DNA of 64,000 nt from positions 1,302,001 to 1,366,000 of the forward strand of contig JAYWIR010000026.1 of NCBI GenBank assembly GCA_036172245.1, given 5' to 3'. A model generated the notes under the pieces. It was not told where the DNA came from, did not search any database, and worked only from the letters and a program-made list of their open reading frames with translations. The DNA is from Raillietiella orientalis. Its lineage: Eukaryota. The position numbers and the translations under genes were made by a program. Below are positions 24,401-37,915 of the stretch, piece by piece (the first letter of the stretch is position 1; each line of letters begins with the position of its first letter).

Positions 24401-26899
24401 GGCGAAGCAGGGAGGAGGAGGGCAAACGACGCAGCGGCTGCTGCAGGTGTGATTTTGGGTCGGCACCCTAGCGCGGAGATGTGATGCTGCAGAGACGATC
24501 GGCCGCCCCGTTCCTGATCCTCTTGCTCATCCCTTACTCTACTTTCGAGTGCTGAGGACCACCGAGGAAGTTCCATCTGTGGACGGAGAAGGTGGAGCGA
24601 AGCCGAGGTTCCTGCCTGCGAGACGGCGACCTTGGAGTAGCCCGCCGACTAACGCAGCCTCTAGAGGGAGCGACGGAGAGGACGTTTGGCCGCGCCCATT
24701 TTTCCGCCGCGCGCCCCCGTTCCAGTTGCTTCGTCGCGGGACTGTAGAGCTGAGTCTATCTCTCTGCTCTTCCGGCGGCGTCCTTGGAAACGGCCGCCAG
24801 CCATGATCTTGGGCCGAGTGCTGGTTGACGGGAAAGTTCCTAGCGGATGGCGAAATCAGTAGGATACTTCGTGGTTTCCGAGCCCTTCAGCTTTGCGATC
24901 CTGGACCACCTGGATCATTTTTTTTCCCCCTCTGTCTCGGGAGCCGACGCGGGGGGGAAGCGCAAAACGTGAGGACGGGCAGCGGAGGACGGCGTAAAAA
25001 TTCCGGGAAACAGCAGCGGGAATCCGGGTACGGGCGGGAGAGCGAATGCATGGCCGGGCTTACCGCGGGCGCGAGTGTCCGAGTTGGATCCTCCGCTGCC
25101 TGCTCGCCCAGATTCGTCGCGGGCGAGCGGGCAGCGGCAGGGCAAGGGCTGGTCACCTGCCTCGCTGCGTGGTCGTTAGCTCTAGGCAATCCGGAGCCTT
25201 TCCAGAGCAGAAGAGGAAGGAAAAAAACAGGTCCAGTGCTCACCGCTACTCGATTAGCTGATCAAAGGAGGGTTGCCGCCGCGCAAAGTGGGAATGACAA
25301 CACGGGGGAAAGAGATGGGGGACCGGGAGGAGGGCGGAGTGGGTGGGGAGATGAATCCGATCGATGATTCATTTTTTCTGCTTCCAGATGCGAATCTGGC
25401 ATCAGGCCTGCGGGAGGCGAGGTCACCTCGAGGGCGCACACAAATGCCCCCGAATGGTCGGAACTAATTTCGGCTTGCCAGGGCGGCCGCTCGGGCGCGG
25501 AAGGAACGCGCCTGTGCGAACCGGTGGACGAGATGCTCGCGCACCACCACGGAAGGTCCCGGAAGCTCAGGTTTCCGATGGAAGGATCGCGGAGGAAGGC
25601 CTATTGGAGAGATCCCTCACAAAGGAATCGGGGAACAGCGGAGGAGGGGGAAGGGGAATTCCCCAGCTAAAAGATGCGCGAAGATTTTTGCCATCCGCGT
25701 TTCAAACGACGTCACGGAGGCGACTAGCCACCCGAAGATCGTGGCTGCTTGTGACGAGGATCCACGCGACACAACCGCCGAACCGCTCCCGGCCTTAGAA
25801 GACGTCCGCAGCACACCCGGGGCTCCCAGATCTGAACGGACCCGACGCTGCTTAACCTCGCCGATCGAACGAAAGGCGCCGCTTTCAGCGCGGTGCTGCC
25901 GTGAACGTGAAGAAAAACCGCTGGTCGTCTGCTCAGCCTCTCGGCTTCATAGACTGCTGCTTTGTCAAGTTTTGGAACCATCCTTCGTTCGCCCCCTCCC
26001 TTCCCTTCTCCCTCCCCACGGCCTCGATTCCTCGACGTTGACTTCGCCGCAGACATCCCGTAAGATCTAGCGGGTTCATTCGCCGGAAAAGAAAACAAAG
26101 GCAGCCCCCTTTTTTTTTCGGCAGACTCCTAGGAGCGGAACTGTAGGGTCTGGGCGGTTCTATGCCAGGAAGAGGAGAGCGGAGAAGCGGAGAGGGGCGG
26201 TGCTCTGGATGGTTCTCTTGTGGGATCTTCGCGTCCTCCCAACCCGCCCTTCCTTGCCTCCCCTTCCTCCCCACACACACAAAAAACTGCTACCGCTTTT
26301 TCAGACCTGGAGAGGAGGGTCTAGGAGGTGGGCGACACTTTCCTACGCACGCTGCACGTTTATTCCCGACGAGCACCTTTGCGAGTGAGCAGAGAGAAAG
26401 TGCGTGGGGCAGCGGAAGAACTGCGAAGAGAAGCTGCTGAGGCAGCGGAAAGGGTGTTACGACTTCCGCACGGAGGCGAACGTTCCTTAGACATGGGTGT
26501 GTGCGGATTTAAACTGTGGAGAACTGAGGAGAACCTCCCCATCCATGGACACAAGGAATGTCCTTCTAACGAGTTCTGGGGGCCGCCGCTCTGGACCATG
26601 GTGCTTATCGGGAGAACAGGAGTGTTCCTGATGCACGAGGAAGTGTGAAGGAGGTAAAAAAAAAAAAAAAGTTAGGGAGAAGGTACGTGGCGAGTTTGGG
26701 ATCGACTTGGAGCTCTGCGAGGCGCCGGTCATATCTGGATACCCGGAAGGCCCTCATTCCAGGAGCCTCGGCACGATCCGGTACATCCGCCGTTATCCCA
26801 GGTGCATCCTATCCCGGCTCCGAGACCCTATACAGGGGACAAAGATCCGGCTGAAGGTGGAGCCGAGCAGAGGAGAGGGAGGTCATCCGCGCGCGGAAT

Positions 26900-27180
26900 T
26901 CTGTGGCACCTGAATGGCGGCGGTGGGAACGAAAGCGCCATCACTCCGCTGCCTGAAGGGTCCCGTGGCATCACCTCGGAAAGAAACACGGAAGAAACCG
27001 CCTGCGTTGGCGACAGCCGTGTGGCTGCTGCGGCCTCCTCGCATGGCCTCAGCCATCGCGGGTTTGAATCCCGCCCGGGGAAGCATGAACACCGGAAAAC
27101 CGGGGGCGGATCGTGGGTCTGGTCTCGAGCCAGCCCCGCAGAACTCAGGCTGGCCTATAAGCTTCGGGATACGGTAATGC
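26900..27180 (+). mobile_element. Short L1/Tx1-like family fragment abutting the palindrome's outer end
   Basis: SSHGLSHRGFESRPGK...LAYKLRD (ORF 26802..27212) is homologous to 20600-20740 and to the reverse complement of 45990-46070. Confidence 0.6.
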
Positions 27181-30100
27181 TTGACACCCGGTCATCCCGG
27201 AGCCTTTATTGACATGAAAAAATAAACCTACAAGTCAGTAGCAGGACGTTTGATCCTGCAACGCGACTTATAACTACGAGAGGGACTTTGGAGGGAAGTG
27301 GCGCGCAGGCCAGAGGGGTTCTCCTAGGCAGCAGAGGCGGGAAGGGAGAAAAGGCAAACAAGAAAAATGAAACAAAAAAATACACACAAGAAAAATTGGG
27401 AGGGTTCGGAAAGCGATCACCAGTGGTTGGAGGGCGTCCTCTGCATCCAATGCAGGGAGCAAGCAGGTTCCTGTTTTAGGGTTCCCAGATGGGGCCATCT
27501 CGACGCTATCCCCCTCATGGAGAGGACAGCAAAATACATGGCGTCCGTGTCGTCCTGGCATCCTCTGGAGCTGCTCCAGGCAGCCACGGTCCCGCCACCT
27601 AAGCACCAAAGTGCTCCTAGGAATGCGGGTGCGTGAGGGCGTCGGAAAGGAAGAGGCGCTTGAAAACGACTCCGGCGTTGCGGCCGGGGGTTACACGAGA
27701 CGCGACAAAGCATCCTGGAAGGGAGCAGAGGGCAACACGATCCACGAGCAGGTGCGAGAGGGACTCTTTCGCCGCACCTGCTGCAGTGGTGGCTTACACT
27801 CCTTCGGGACCAATGGTGTCGGCGGGTGTTGCACGGGAAGCCCCAATGCAACAGAGGGATCGTCGACCCTTGCCACTATAGAGGGAGGGTTGCACTGTTC
27901 CAGCACGCTGGGGATTACTATCTCTCCACCGGAGGAATTTCTAATAGCTCTCCACAGCGCAAGTCTTTTACAGGGACACTCGGGGTGACAGAATCTGTCA
28001 GCTCCCGAGTCGTCCACGCATTTAGAATGTTGTCTTCTATTTTCGATAGTATACGTCACCTTCCACCTTGTCGGAAGACCTCTCTCCCTTGCTTCCCTTA
28101 GGGAGGGAATCTATGGAGTTAGGGAGGTGAACAACGGCCGAAGCAGAATCCTGGTGTTCCCTGGAATCTCTCTCAACCACTGACGACTGTATCTGCTGTT
28201 TCGAAGGCAAGGCTGGAGGGGTGGGATGAAGATTCCACCACCTCGGATATGTTCATGCAAACAAGGAAGTCGCGGGTCTGGAAGAGGAAGAAGAGGGGGA
28301 GTAGCAGCCTTCCTGGTACGTGGAAAGCAGGTCAAAGGCAGTCGTAGCAGTTCGGAATCAGAAAAAAAAGAAAACCTTCCACCTTCTCTTCTTCCTTTCT
28401 TCCTTCTTGTTTCCTTCTCCCTTCTTGAGATTTTCTTGGGCAGAGGAAACCGTGAAGCGCGACGGGACCTGCCCTCCTGATCATTTCCACCACGCTACGC
28501 AGACTCTGACGCAAGAGGAGCAACAGGTTCTGGAGATTGAAAAGTCCTTCCAGGAGGGACAATGCACAAGGGGAGCAGTGAGGGGGGTAACAAGAATCCA
28601 GGGAATGCAGAGTTGAACGCCCTGGAAAAAGCTTCCCTCTGATCGGGGGAGGGGGAGTTCAAGTTCATTGTCTCAAAAAAAAAGGAACTGACTTGGATAA
28701 CCTCAGGTGGGGAAGAGGCGGCAACCTGAAGATTCGGCTGGTCGTTGGGATAGCGGAAGCGTTCTCCAGCTCCTTCCGTGGAAGAGTGGCAGTGCCTCCA
28801 CCTTGAGAGCGAAGGGACGCATCGCGAGAGAGAAAAAAGGGGGATGAGCACGGAGGATGAGAAGGACGTGAAGAGACACGCATCTCGGATCTCATCTCAC
28901 AAGCAAAAGCTGCGAAGGCACCATCCGCAACGCTCCTTGATTCCTGGAAGGAGCTCTGGAGTCAACTTCAAATCAGGAGCAGTCAACGGGGGGCGTTCGG
29001 ATTCCACCAGTGTCTCACCCGAAGGGCGAAACCGGAGTCGTCCTGCGTGAGACGGGACGAAGCTGGTTTGGGCCGCGAGCCTTCCGCAACCCTTGGCGCC
29101 ACGCCCGGAGACCGTAGCCACGCGGCCGCCAGTGCGGACCACTTTCACGCCTTCTGCGCTCATGCGCGTAAAAGCACGGGCAAATCAACGCGATCGGCAT
29201 CCTCGACGCCTGAGGCTGCAGTCCCTTGGCAAGAGATCCTTGACGGTGCGTGAGCTTGTCTGAAGAAGAAGCGATCTGCCTTTCTCGGGTGCTAGGGAAG
29301 AGGACGCTCCGAGCTAGTCCGGAGGAACTGTCAAGCTTTCGTACGCACACGACCAATGATTCGATCTCTTCCGGGTGCAGGATTGTCCCAGTCTTGGAGG
29401 GGAGCAGCTGAGCTGCTGCGGGATGATGCTGTTCTTGTGGGCCGAGAGGGCGCGGTGGGAGCTGAGCTTCGCAAAAGCTGCCGTCCCTTTCTCCTCAAAC
29501 CATGGAGACTGCTACTCCGCACAAAAATGGAGCTGCTATAAGTCGTATGACACAATCTTCTGTCGTCAGTTCGCTAGGAACCGACGGCTTCTCAAGGTCA
29601 TCAAGGCTGAAATCTTGCACAACACGAATAAAGAGACCGTATGCATTGTAAGCCGGCTGTTCTGGCGTTGGATGCATTACAAGAACGTGTGGCAAGGTTC
29701 CCTGGAATTGCTTTTTCCCCATCCTGCTGAGAGAAAACCGAGGAGTTACCAAATGTACTCGAGGATGCCTTCACCGATGCGGCATTCTTCCTCATCCTAC
29801 ATTTCCCTACATTTCCCTGACGTGGGTGATCGACCGAACAACGAGGTGTGCCCACGAACTCTGATTTTCTGCAGGTACTTTGAATCGATGTGCCGCTTTC
29901 GCTCTCAAAGTACGTACCGTACTTCTTCCGGAACCTCGGAAGCAGCCTCCGCAAAGGTCACCGTGGAGGTGTGGAGATGGCTGTTTTCGAGGAGAGAGAC
30001 CACTTCGCGAACGCTCCGAGACCAGAGTGACCGGCCAGCCGGGCATCGAACGGTGGAATCACTCCTCCTCAGTACCAAACCAGACTTTCCGGAAATATCC

Positions 30101-32674
30101 CGACGCAAGTTCCGGAGATCAGGTCTCATTCGCGACTTCAGCTCCGGAACATCTGAGAGTTCCCCTACGCTTTAGAAAGCTCCTCAGAGCAGTCGATGTG
30201 ACTGCTGCGGCCACGCTAAAGAGAAACGCTCGAGTGAAGAGGAGTGTGCGGATCCGTCCGGAAGACATCACTCAGGATGCCAGACCTGAATTCCCTTGAA
30301 ACTTCCCACTGAGGGAGAGTGTCCGACCTGAGACCTGACTCCTTTCCTCCACTCCTCCTTCTTCTTCGAATAGTGCATCCCGCAGGTAAACGCGACATCG
30401 GATGCAGGAGGACAGTCCTGACTGCATTTCCAGGGCGGTCTGGTGCGACAACCGGAAAAAACAGAAAGCGTAGGGAAACGAAAACGTTCCCCTACGCTTT
30501 TCACAACCGATCAGAAAGAAAGGACCCGGTCTTTGCAGCATCCGACTGCAACCATCCAAACGGATGCGAAGCGCTCAAGCAGCTCACTGAAACTCCTTCC
30601 CATGAGACGCGCGAAATCACCGAGGGTGAGAGGAGCTTGCACCGCGGAAGAACCTCGAAAAAATCCCGGTCTCTTTGGTCTAGCGAGAACGCTCCTGGGC
30701 ACCTAGACTCGCTCTGCTCCATCGGCTCCCAGAAACACATTTTCAAGCCTTTCCTATCATCCTTCCTCTCGCGAAGTGCATCTTCACGGACCCAGGGTAG
30801 CAACAGGCACCCTTCGTTAATCGCATCCCGGTTTCTCAAAATCCTAACTTCTTCCACCGGACCAATGCCCCAAAAGCGCGCTCGGACGCTTCCCCTTTCC
30901 CAAGGCTAGCGCCTCTCGGGTGCTGCAACTCCCCCGACTTCCGGAAACGCGATCTCTTTCCCTCATTCACTGTTTCGTTCATTTTCTTCAAGCCGATGCT
31001 CCCCTTTGCCAAGAAGCCCTCAAAACCCTTCCTCCCTTCCGCAGCTGCTCCGAACATTTCGGATTGCAGGTACAAGAAATGCACGGGACGGATTGCCCAC
31101 GGCCAGTGTTGGGCAGCGGGAGGAGCTCGAAGGGCACAGCGTGCGTGCGGCGAAGGCGTCCCCTCGTTGGGGCGAGGGCAGTTCCTGCAGAGCGGCTCGC
31201 GCATCCAGCCTCTTGCTCGGTGCCGGAGCGGAGCGAGGATTAGCGTGAAGATGGGCAACGCGGATCGATCCTTCCGCGTGAATGGGCGGAGCCGCGCGCG
31301 TCTGCCTCGACCTGCCCTTCCGCTGGAGATTCATCCCCGATCGCTTCCCGTTCGCTCCCGCAGCTTCCGCCACTTGGCTTCGAATGCAGCCCTGGCGGGC
31401 GGCGAACGAGTTCCTTCGGATTTCGGGGCGAGGGTGCGCGGAAGGATCGGACGGCGGGTCGCGCGTGCTCTTTGAGACATGGAGGAACAGCATTCCATGC
31501 TAAGCGGAAGACACGGCTGGCTCCCAGTCGCCGAGCACTGAAGAACCGGTCGCCCCTTCGGATGGGGAGGTGAAGGGGTCACGAAGCTCTTTGACGCTGC
31601 TTACGCCACTCCAAGGTGCACGTCACTCTCCAAGTGAGAGGACAACCCCGAAGGCACCACCCGATGAATCCAGGAAGACCCCCCGAGGAAGCGAGTGCGC
31701 TCTTGGGGGATCTCAGCCCTGGTTGTCTCCGAAAGGGACCATCGAAGAGAGCTGCTCCCATTTCTTTTCCGTAGAGAATCCCCGAAAAGGATCCGTTCCT
31801 TGATGACTACACTGAAGAAAACCCCGAACGGGCGTTTTTTTATTTCTCTGGAGGGCGTTCTCCGAAGGGAGCTGCGCGCTTCTCCCACGTAGGAGAGGCA
31901 ATCCCTCGCCAGGGAGCGTCAACCAGCTCTATGGTATGCGGCTCCGTTTTCGCGACCTGAGAGGAACCTCGGAGGGAACCGGCTCTCCTTGATTCCTGGA
32001 AGGACCCTGGAGGTCAACTTTCGATCCCTGTCACTCATCGGGAGCATCGGGGTGTTTCCGGCTTCCCACCAGTGCCGCCGCTCTCGAAACCCAGCTCGCG
32101 TCGTCGTGCAGGGGCACCCGAAACCCACACTACGTCCCCCTTCCCTTCTCTCGGCATCAGTCCCCAGGGAGGGATTCGAATCGGCGACGCCTGGAGCCGC
32201 TCGCGGAGGCCGCGGCCGCATCCCTCGGTCGCCGTGAGACAGAAGGTCGCACGGAATGCTCCGGACGGCACCGCGCATCCCGGGACAGACTTTGCGGCGT
32301 GCGCTCTTTGGGATTTGTTTTCTCGCGGAGTGCGAGCGGGAAGAGGCGGGGCGATGTTCCTCCTCCCGGAACGCTCCCGTCGCCGAAGCGGAGGACTCGA
32401 GAGAAGGGCTACCGGGGGAGTGCAACTCCCTCCGCCTTCCTGCCGAAGGATAGCGGCACGGAAAGTCCCTGACGGCCCTGCCTGGGCAGACGCGCAGCCC
32501 CCGTCCTCGTGGCCGCTCAGATGCCCGTCGCTCCTGTAGGAAAAGGTGCATTCGCCGTCCCGGACGACTGCTGCTCCTTCGAAAGAGTCGGTGGCAGCGA
32601 TCGAGGGCGGCGTCGCGAACCCCTTGTCCCCACGGTCGGGTGGCGACCCCGGTGCGGGCAGTTGGTGGTTGGCT
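27181..32674. repeat. Large palindrome (inverted repeat 2), left arm ~5.5 kb
   Basis: Dozens of ORFs mirror those in 36255-42265. Coordinate sums are 69446 (outer and central part), 69434 after a 12 bp indel near 31703, and 68929 after a 505 bp indel near 32520. Confidence 0.97.
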
Positions 32675-33206
32675 TTCTGAGTCTTGCATGAGCTTGAGAC
32701 CTCCTGTTGAGTACCGCACAAGATGCCTGACTCGCGGCATGGCCTTGACTTGTGTGGGATGCGCCGTCTGTGTCACCCGCCGGATGAAACAGCTGGAGGA
32801 AATCAGCATCGGCGCGACGCCCTCCCCCCAGGAGCGCCTGGATGCAGAGCAGCGTCTTCGCATCACGGGTGGTGCGAATCGCGGATTCCGCGGGACTCAA
32901 AATGAGTCTGTCTTTTCACGGCGAGTACTGTGAAATTTGAAGTGAATCTTTTGGGCTCAGCAGCTATGTGTTCTTGTGGACACATGGCTGCCGGTCCCAG
33001 CGATTATCGCACCCGTGATGGTCTGCATGCATGCTCTCCTGAGTAGAAGGGCGTCGCGGCGGTGCTGATTTCGTCCAACCGTTTCATCCGGTGGGTGACA
33101 CAGACGGCGCATGCGGCGCACGCCTCGGCTGTGCTGCGAGTCACGCATCTTGTGCGGTCCTCGACAGGAGGTCTCAAGCTCCTGAAAGACTCAGGAAGCT
33201 AACCAC
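32665..33206. repeat. Diverged fold-back: ~210 bp inverted arms (32665-32881 / 33001-33206) around a ~120 bp loop
   Basis: gagcttgagacctcctgttgag vs ctcgacaggaggtctcaagctc; atgcgccgtctgtgtcacccgccggatgaaac vs gtttcatccggtgggtgacacagacggcgcat. ORFs 32723+ and 32957- share MRRLCHPPDET..NQHRRDAL. Confidence 0.9.
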
Positions 33207-33619
33207 AAAGGACCCCGCAGCGGGACCTCAAGAAGGAAACCGGTTTAAGAAAGGACAGGAATGCTTCAGAACCAGATGCTTCGGAGTGCATGAATTTCCC
33301 TGCGAAGCTTGGCTTTTCTTTGTCTGGGGTTCACTTCCAGCACCTCTGTCCGAGGTGCCGGAAGTAACGTTTGTTCTCAGTGCTAAGTACAAATGGTGCA
33401 CAGTTGAATCCATCTCGTACGGATTCTCCCTCTGAAAAGCCTTAGCTTTTCAGAGGGAGAGGGAAGAAAAGCATAAATGGCGGAAATGGACCGTCCACGG
33501 TGGAGTTTGGATCCTCCGCTTTCCCGAACGATGCCATTGTGAATCTTTGAAGATCTGGGAATCAGCGGTATCATAGAGGCTGAAAGAGAGCCGCATGTCA
33601 AAAGATCCCATTTTACCTA

Positions 33620-35330
33620 AGTAAGAACTTACGCCTCAAGTTTCGGACCGCAAGTCGTGATTTCTTGTCCTTTTCTTGCTTTTTACAGTAAAGAAGAATT
33701 TTATCTAAAAGAATAAAGTACGGAAGAATGGACATCGCTGGAGGCAGCAACAACTGGCAGGCAGACCTACAGAAGCTGAAAGTAGATACGAGACACATAT
33801 ATCACTGCATACGGACGTCAGGAGGCTGTTTTTTCATCTCCGGTTCATGAAGCAACGGCAAAGACTGCGGAAACTCTATCTTAAGCCCAAGCTGATTTTT
33901 ACTGCCACGTGCGCGAGCAGCCACACTTTTCCACTCTTTGTTCAAAGCCTAATGAGATGAGGACACAGCTGTTCGTCTCATTCTGCCTCTTCAGCTGGGG
34001 CATTATTTGGGGGCTCTCCTCCTCCACGCTGGTGGATGAAAAGTATCCGCGGTCTCCATGGAAACCGCTCGTGATGGCAGGCACTAGTGTGTAAGTAAAG
34101 CTTAGTGCAAGAAAGGTTCTTAACTAGCAGCACCTGCCGGTGTGCGTTTCATGGCACAAAGATCGACTGCTCCGCCTGTGTGCTTCGCCAGGCAAGAGGC
34201 GCGCCAGTTTTTAGTGATGCCACTTCTTTACTCCCTCCCCTCCCGTTCTCTGTGCTGCAGACTGACCTTTTCTCATCTCTTTGCTTTTTGTTTTTTCAGA
34301 GGGGGGAGAACTTTGTTTTTGAGCATTTACAGTTACTTGTTACTTCTCGCTCCTCTCAGCTTCCACGTCGCAGCTCGGAAGCCACAGCGCTTACAGTTGC
34401 GTTTTCGTTTGCTTTTCTCCTCCCCCCCCCTTCTTCTCGCACCACCTAAGAATGCTGGAACGCCATCGATGGTAAGTTCTAGAGCGAATCACTGACGACT
34501 CCTGCGACATTGTGTAGCACCCTGAGTGCAGGGAATCACCAAAGCGTGTATCTCGAACCTTCCTGGAGCTCGCGTGCATTCCTCACACCAAATTCTGCAG
34601 AGGGAGGGGCGTTTTCCCGTTCGCCTTGTGGACAAGACAAAACGCGCGTAAATTCTTGCAGGTGAGAATTTTAGCACCGCTTGAAAGGCACCTGAGTAAC
34701 GGACGATTATACGACTTGATTTAAGGAATGGCTAGCGCCTCTTCCAGCTTCTCTGGCATCTCACACTCCAGCTAGCCCGTTCACGTTAAATAACCTTATT
34801 CTTCTTTCTCCATCACTGTAACTGATTCCTTGCTTCATTATGTAGTCCCAGGACGTGCGCGATTCTTAAAGTGCAGCTTTCGGACGTGCAGCTTTTCGAA
34901 AATTTGCAACACAGTCGTATCCGAGGGGACGGAACCCGGAGAATATTAATCGAGCGGCCCACGTCTTCCCTTTTACCATCACGGAAACCCGGCGCTTGCC
35001 TTCTGCGGAGAACACGTGCGAACGCCGGCCAGGAGGACTACTGCTGCCGACGTCGTCAGCTCCTCTCTGACCCCTCGAAGAACGGAGAGGTGCGGAAATT
35101 TTGTCCGAGCCCAGCTTTGCACTGCGGTCAACGAAGTTCATCCTACTGGCTCTCCTCCTTCTGGTTCCAGTTCAGATAGACGAGCAAGAAAAGTGGAAGT
35201 GGAAACTCCCGAACCCAGTACCACCACCGATCGGAGGTGCGTCCATCGTCTGCCATGGTTTCCTGAAGAGACGTTGCGACCGATTGTGGTTTGATATCGG
35301 ATGTGCGTTCCTCGGTCGGCTGAGAGAACG
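33620..35330 (+). mobile_element. Interrupted RTE-like APE endonuclease relic in the palindrome spacer
   Basis: RMDIAGGSNNW (cf. DIA.LSETRW), GCFFISG (cf. GYTFFYSG), KNGEVRKFC (cf. NGERLLEFC) and EKWKWKLPN (cf. KWTW.SPN) occur in the expected order. Confidence 0.5.
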
Positions 35331-35539
35331 GCACGTATCGAAGCACTTCCTCCTCTGAAGAGACGCAAAGGAAGAGATGCTTCTCCAGAGTGGCGAAGGA
35401 ACAGAAATGTTCTTTTCTTTCTTTTTTTTTTTTTTTCTAGCAAAAACCTGCACATTCTCTTCAGAAAAATCCAAGGATCGCAACAGTGGACCTATGGATA
35501 CTTTCTGAGCTCTCTTAGCGGAAGGTTAGGCCACGTTTC

Positions 35540-35930
35540 AGAGACCTCATAGCAGGAGGTGGCTCGTCGTATGGACTCCACTACGGAATGTTATGAGCCC
35601 CAAGCCATGAGTCCCCGGCACAGCAACTGCTCGTTCAAAGCAGTTGTCAGAAAGGTGAGCGGAGCAGGGACATCTCCGCCCGAGCCGAGTGCCAAAGGTG
35701 ATCGATCCTCTTGCTGACCGCGTAGTTACGCACGTGCGAACGGGCACCTCGCCCAACAAGATGGCATGGAAACCAGCAGGGAGAGGAAGCGAGCCAAAGC
35801 GGTGCCGCTTGCGACCTTCGCCCATAGCGGACGCGCCGCACGTCCACACCTTGAACTTTGAGCACCTTCTTTCGAGAAACCAAAAAGTGGAGATTGCGGT
35901 ATTTTCCTATATGACGCGCTCTCCGGGGGA
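35540..35930 (-). mobile_element. Reverse transcriptase relic, possibly R4/Dong-like
   Basis: ORF 35547..35849-: GTRLGRRCPCSAHLSDNCFE resembles G.RQGCPLSP.LFN.C.E and is followed by TSHLL(Y), as in SHLLYMDDLK. Confidence 0.4.
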
Positions 35931-36949
35931 AAAAAAAAAAAGAGCTTTTATGGATTTCCCTCCGTTGCCGGGGCCATAGAGCTGACTCGGAATGAGCGCC
36001 GTTCCAATGTCAGGAGGAGGAACACGCATACACGGTGAGTACACGGACGTGTGCGTGCGTGCGTAAGAGTTGCAAGACTTTCTAAAATTACTTCAGCACC
36101 TCGAGGACCAGAACCAAGAGCTATACGGAAAAACCAGGTGATATTCCTCGCGAGTCATCGCCCAGCCTCTGGAGGAGCAGTTTGTCACAAAAGTGTGGAG
36201 TCCCATTCGAGCCACGCTTGACACACTGCTGGGAACAAGAAATCATGAAGACCAAGTCGACCACAAACCGCCCCCACCGGGGTCGGCGGCCGACCGTGGG
36301 GACAGGGGGTTCGCGACGCCGCCCTCGATCGCTGCCACCGACTCTTCCGAAGGAGCAGCAGACGTTCGGGACGGCGAATGCACCTTTTCCTACAGGAGCG
36401 ACGGGCATCTGGACGAATCGAGACGCCTCTCCGGAACGGCCACGCGCGCCACCGAGTCTTCAGAGTGCCTTGCAGAGGCTGCATCCGCTTGCATATTTTT
36501 TTCTCCTTCCTGATGGAGCGCTATGATTGCCGCCCACCCTCACCACTCCCCCGCCACTAGCTCGCTAGTCGAATCGCCCAAGTGTAAGCCAAGGGTGCGC
36601 GACGCACCCCACCGAGCGCAGCCGCCGTCATCGCCACGCATTTCGGAAGCGTCTCCTCCATCCTTCAGAAAGGTGCTTCCTCGCAGGCTCCGGTTGCTCG
36701 GAAGGTCCACGGAAACCGACCTCCCGTCTCGGCGTCCTATCCACCTTCCGGATCGCGACCCTTCTCCGCAAGGCATACCTTCTTGAGCGCCCGTTTCCGG
36801 TTCCGATGAAAGCGTCCCGTTACCGGGAGGCTTTTCGGGAACCTTCAGCAGCGAGCGCGCGCCGCCGCTCCCCTTTCGGTTCCCTCCGACGGTGTGGCTG
36901 CCGTTCCGTGCATCTGAGCGGCCACGAGGACGGGGGCTGCGCGTCTGCC

Positions 36950-37915
36950 CAGTCAGCGCCGGCAGGGACTTTCCGTGCCGCTATCCTTCGGCAGGAAGGC
37001 AGCGGGAGTTGCACTCCCCCCGTAGCCCTTCTCTCGAGCCCTCCGCTTCGGCTACGGGAGCGTTCCGGGAGGAGGAACATCGCCCCGCCTCTTCCCGCTC
37101 GCACTCCGCGAGAAAACAAATCCCAAAGAGCGCACGCCGCAAAGTCTGTCCCGGGATGCGCGGTGCCGTCCGGAGCATTCCGTGCGACCTTCTGTCTCAC
37201 GGCGACCGAGGGATGCGGCCGCGGCCTCCGCGAGCGGCTCCAGGCGTCGCCGATTCGAATCCCTCCCTGGGGACTGATGCCGAGAGAAGGGAAGGGGGAC
37301 GTAGTGTGGGTTTCGGGTGCCCCTGCACGACGACGCGAGCTGGGCTTCGAGAGCGGCGGCACTGGTGGGAAGCCGGAAACACCCCGATGCTCCCGATGAG
37401 TGACAGGGATCGAAAGTTGACCTCCAGGGTCCTTCCAGGAATCAAGGAGAGCCGGTTCCCTCCGAGGTTCCTCTCAGGTCGCGAAAACGGAGCCGCATAC
37501 CATAGAGCTGGTTGACGCTCCCTGGCGAGGGATCGCCTCTCCTACGTGCGAGAAGCGCGCAGCTCCCTTCGGAGAACGCCCTCCAGAGAAATAAAAAAAC
37601 GCCCGTTCGGGGTTTTCTTCAGTGTAGTCATCAAGCAACGGATCCTTTTCGGGGATTCTCTACGGAAAAGAAATGGGAGCAGCTCTCTTCGATGGTCCCT
37701 TTCGGAGACAACCAGGGCTGAGATCCCCCAACAGGCGTAGCAAGAGCGCACTCGCTTCCTCGGGGGGTCTTCCTGGATTCATCGGGTGGTGCCTTCGGGG
37801 TTGTCCTCTCACTTGGAGAGTGACGTGCACCTTGGAGTGGCGTAAGCAGAGTCAAAGAGCTTCGTGACCCCTTCCCCTCCCCATCCGAAGGGGCGACCGG
37901 TTCTTCAGTACTCGG
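36950..37915 (+). mobile_element. L1/Tx1-like family fragment inside the right arm (mirror at ~31530-32490, minus strand)
   Basis: RHWWEAGNTP...KLTSRVLPGIKE and RPFGVFFSVVIKQRIL are homologous to 8060-8420. Confidence 0.7.

Noticed and set aside
29375..30175. 266 aa ORF duplicated in both palindrome arms as a possible protected gene
   Set aside because: No ATG start and no recognisable motif; its presence in both arms simply follows from arm identity.
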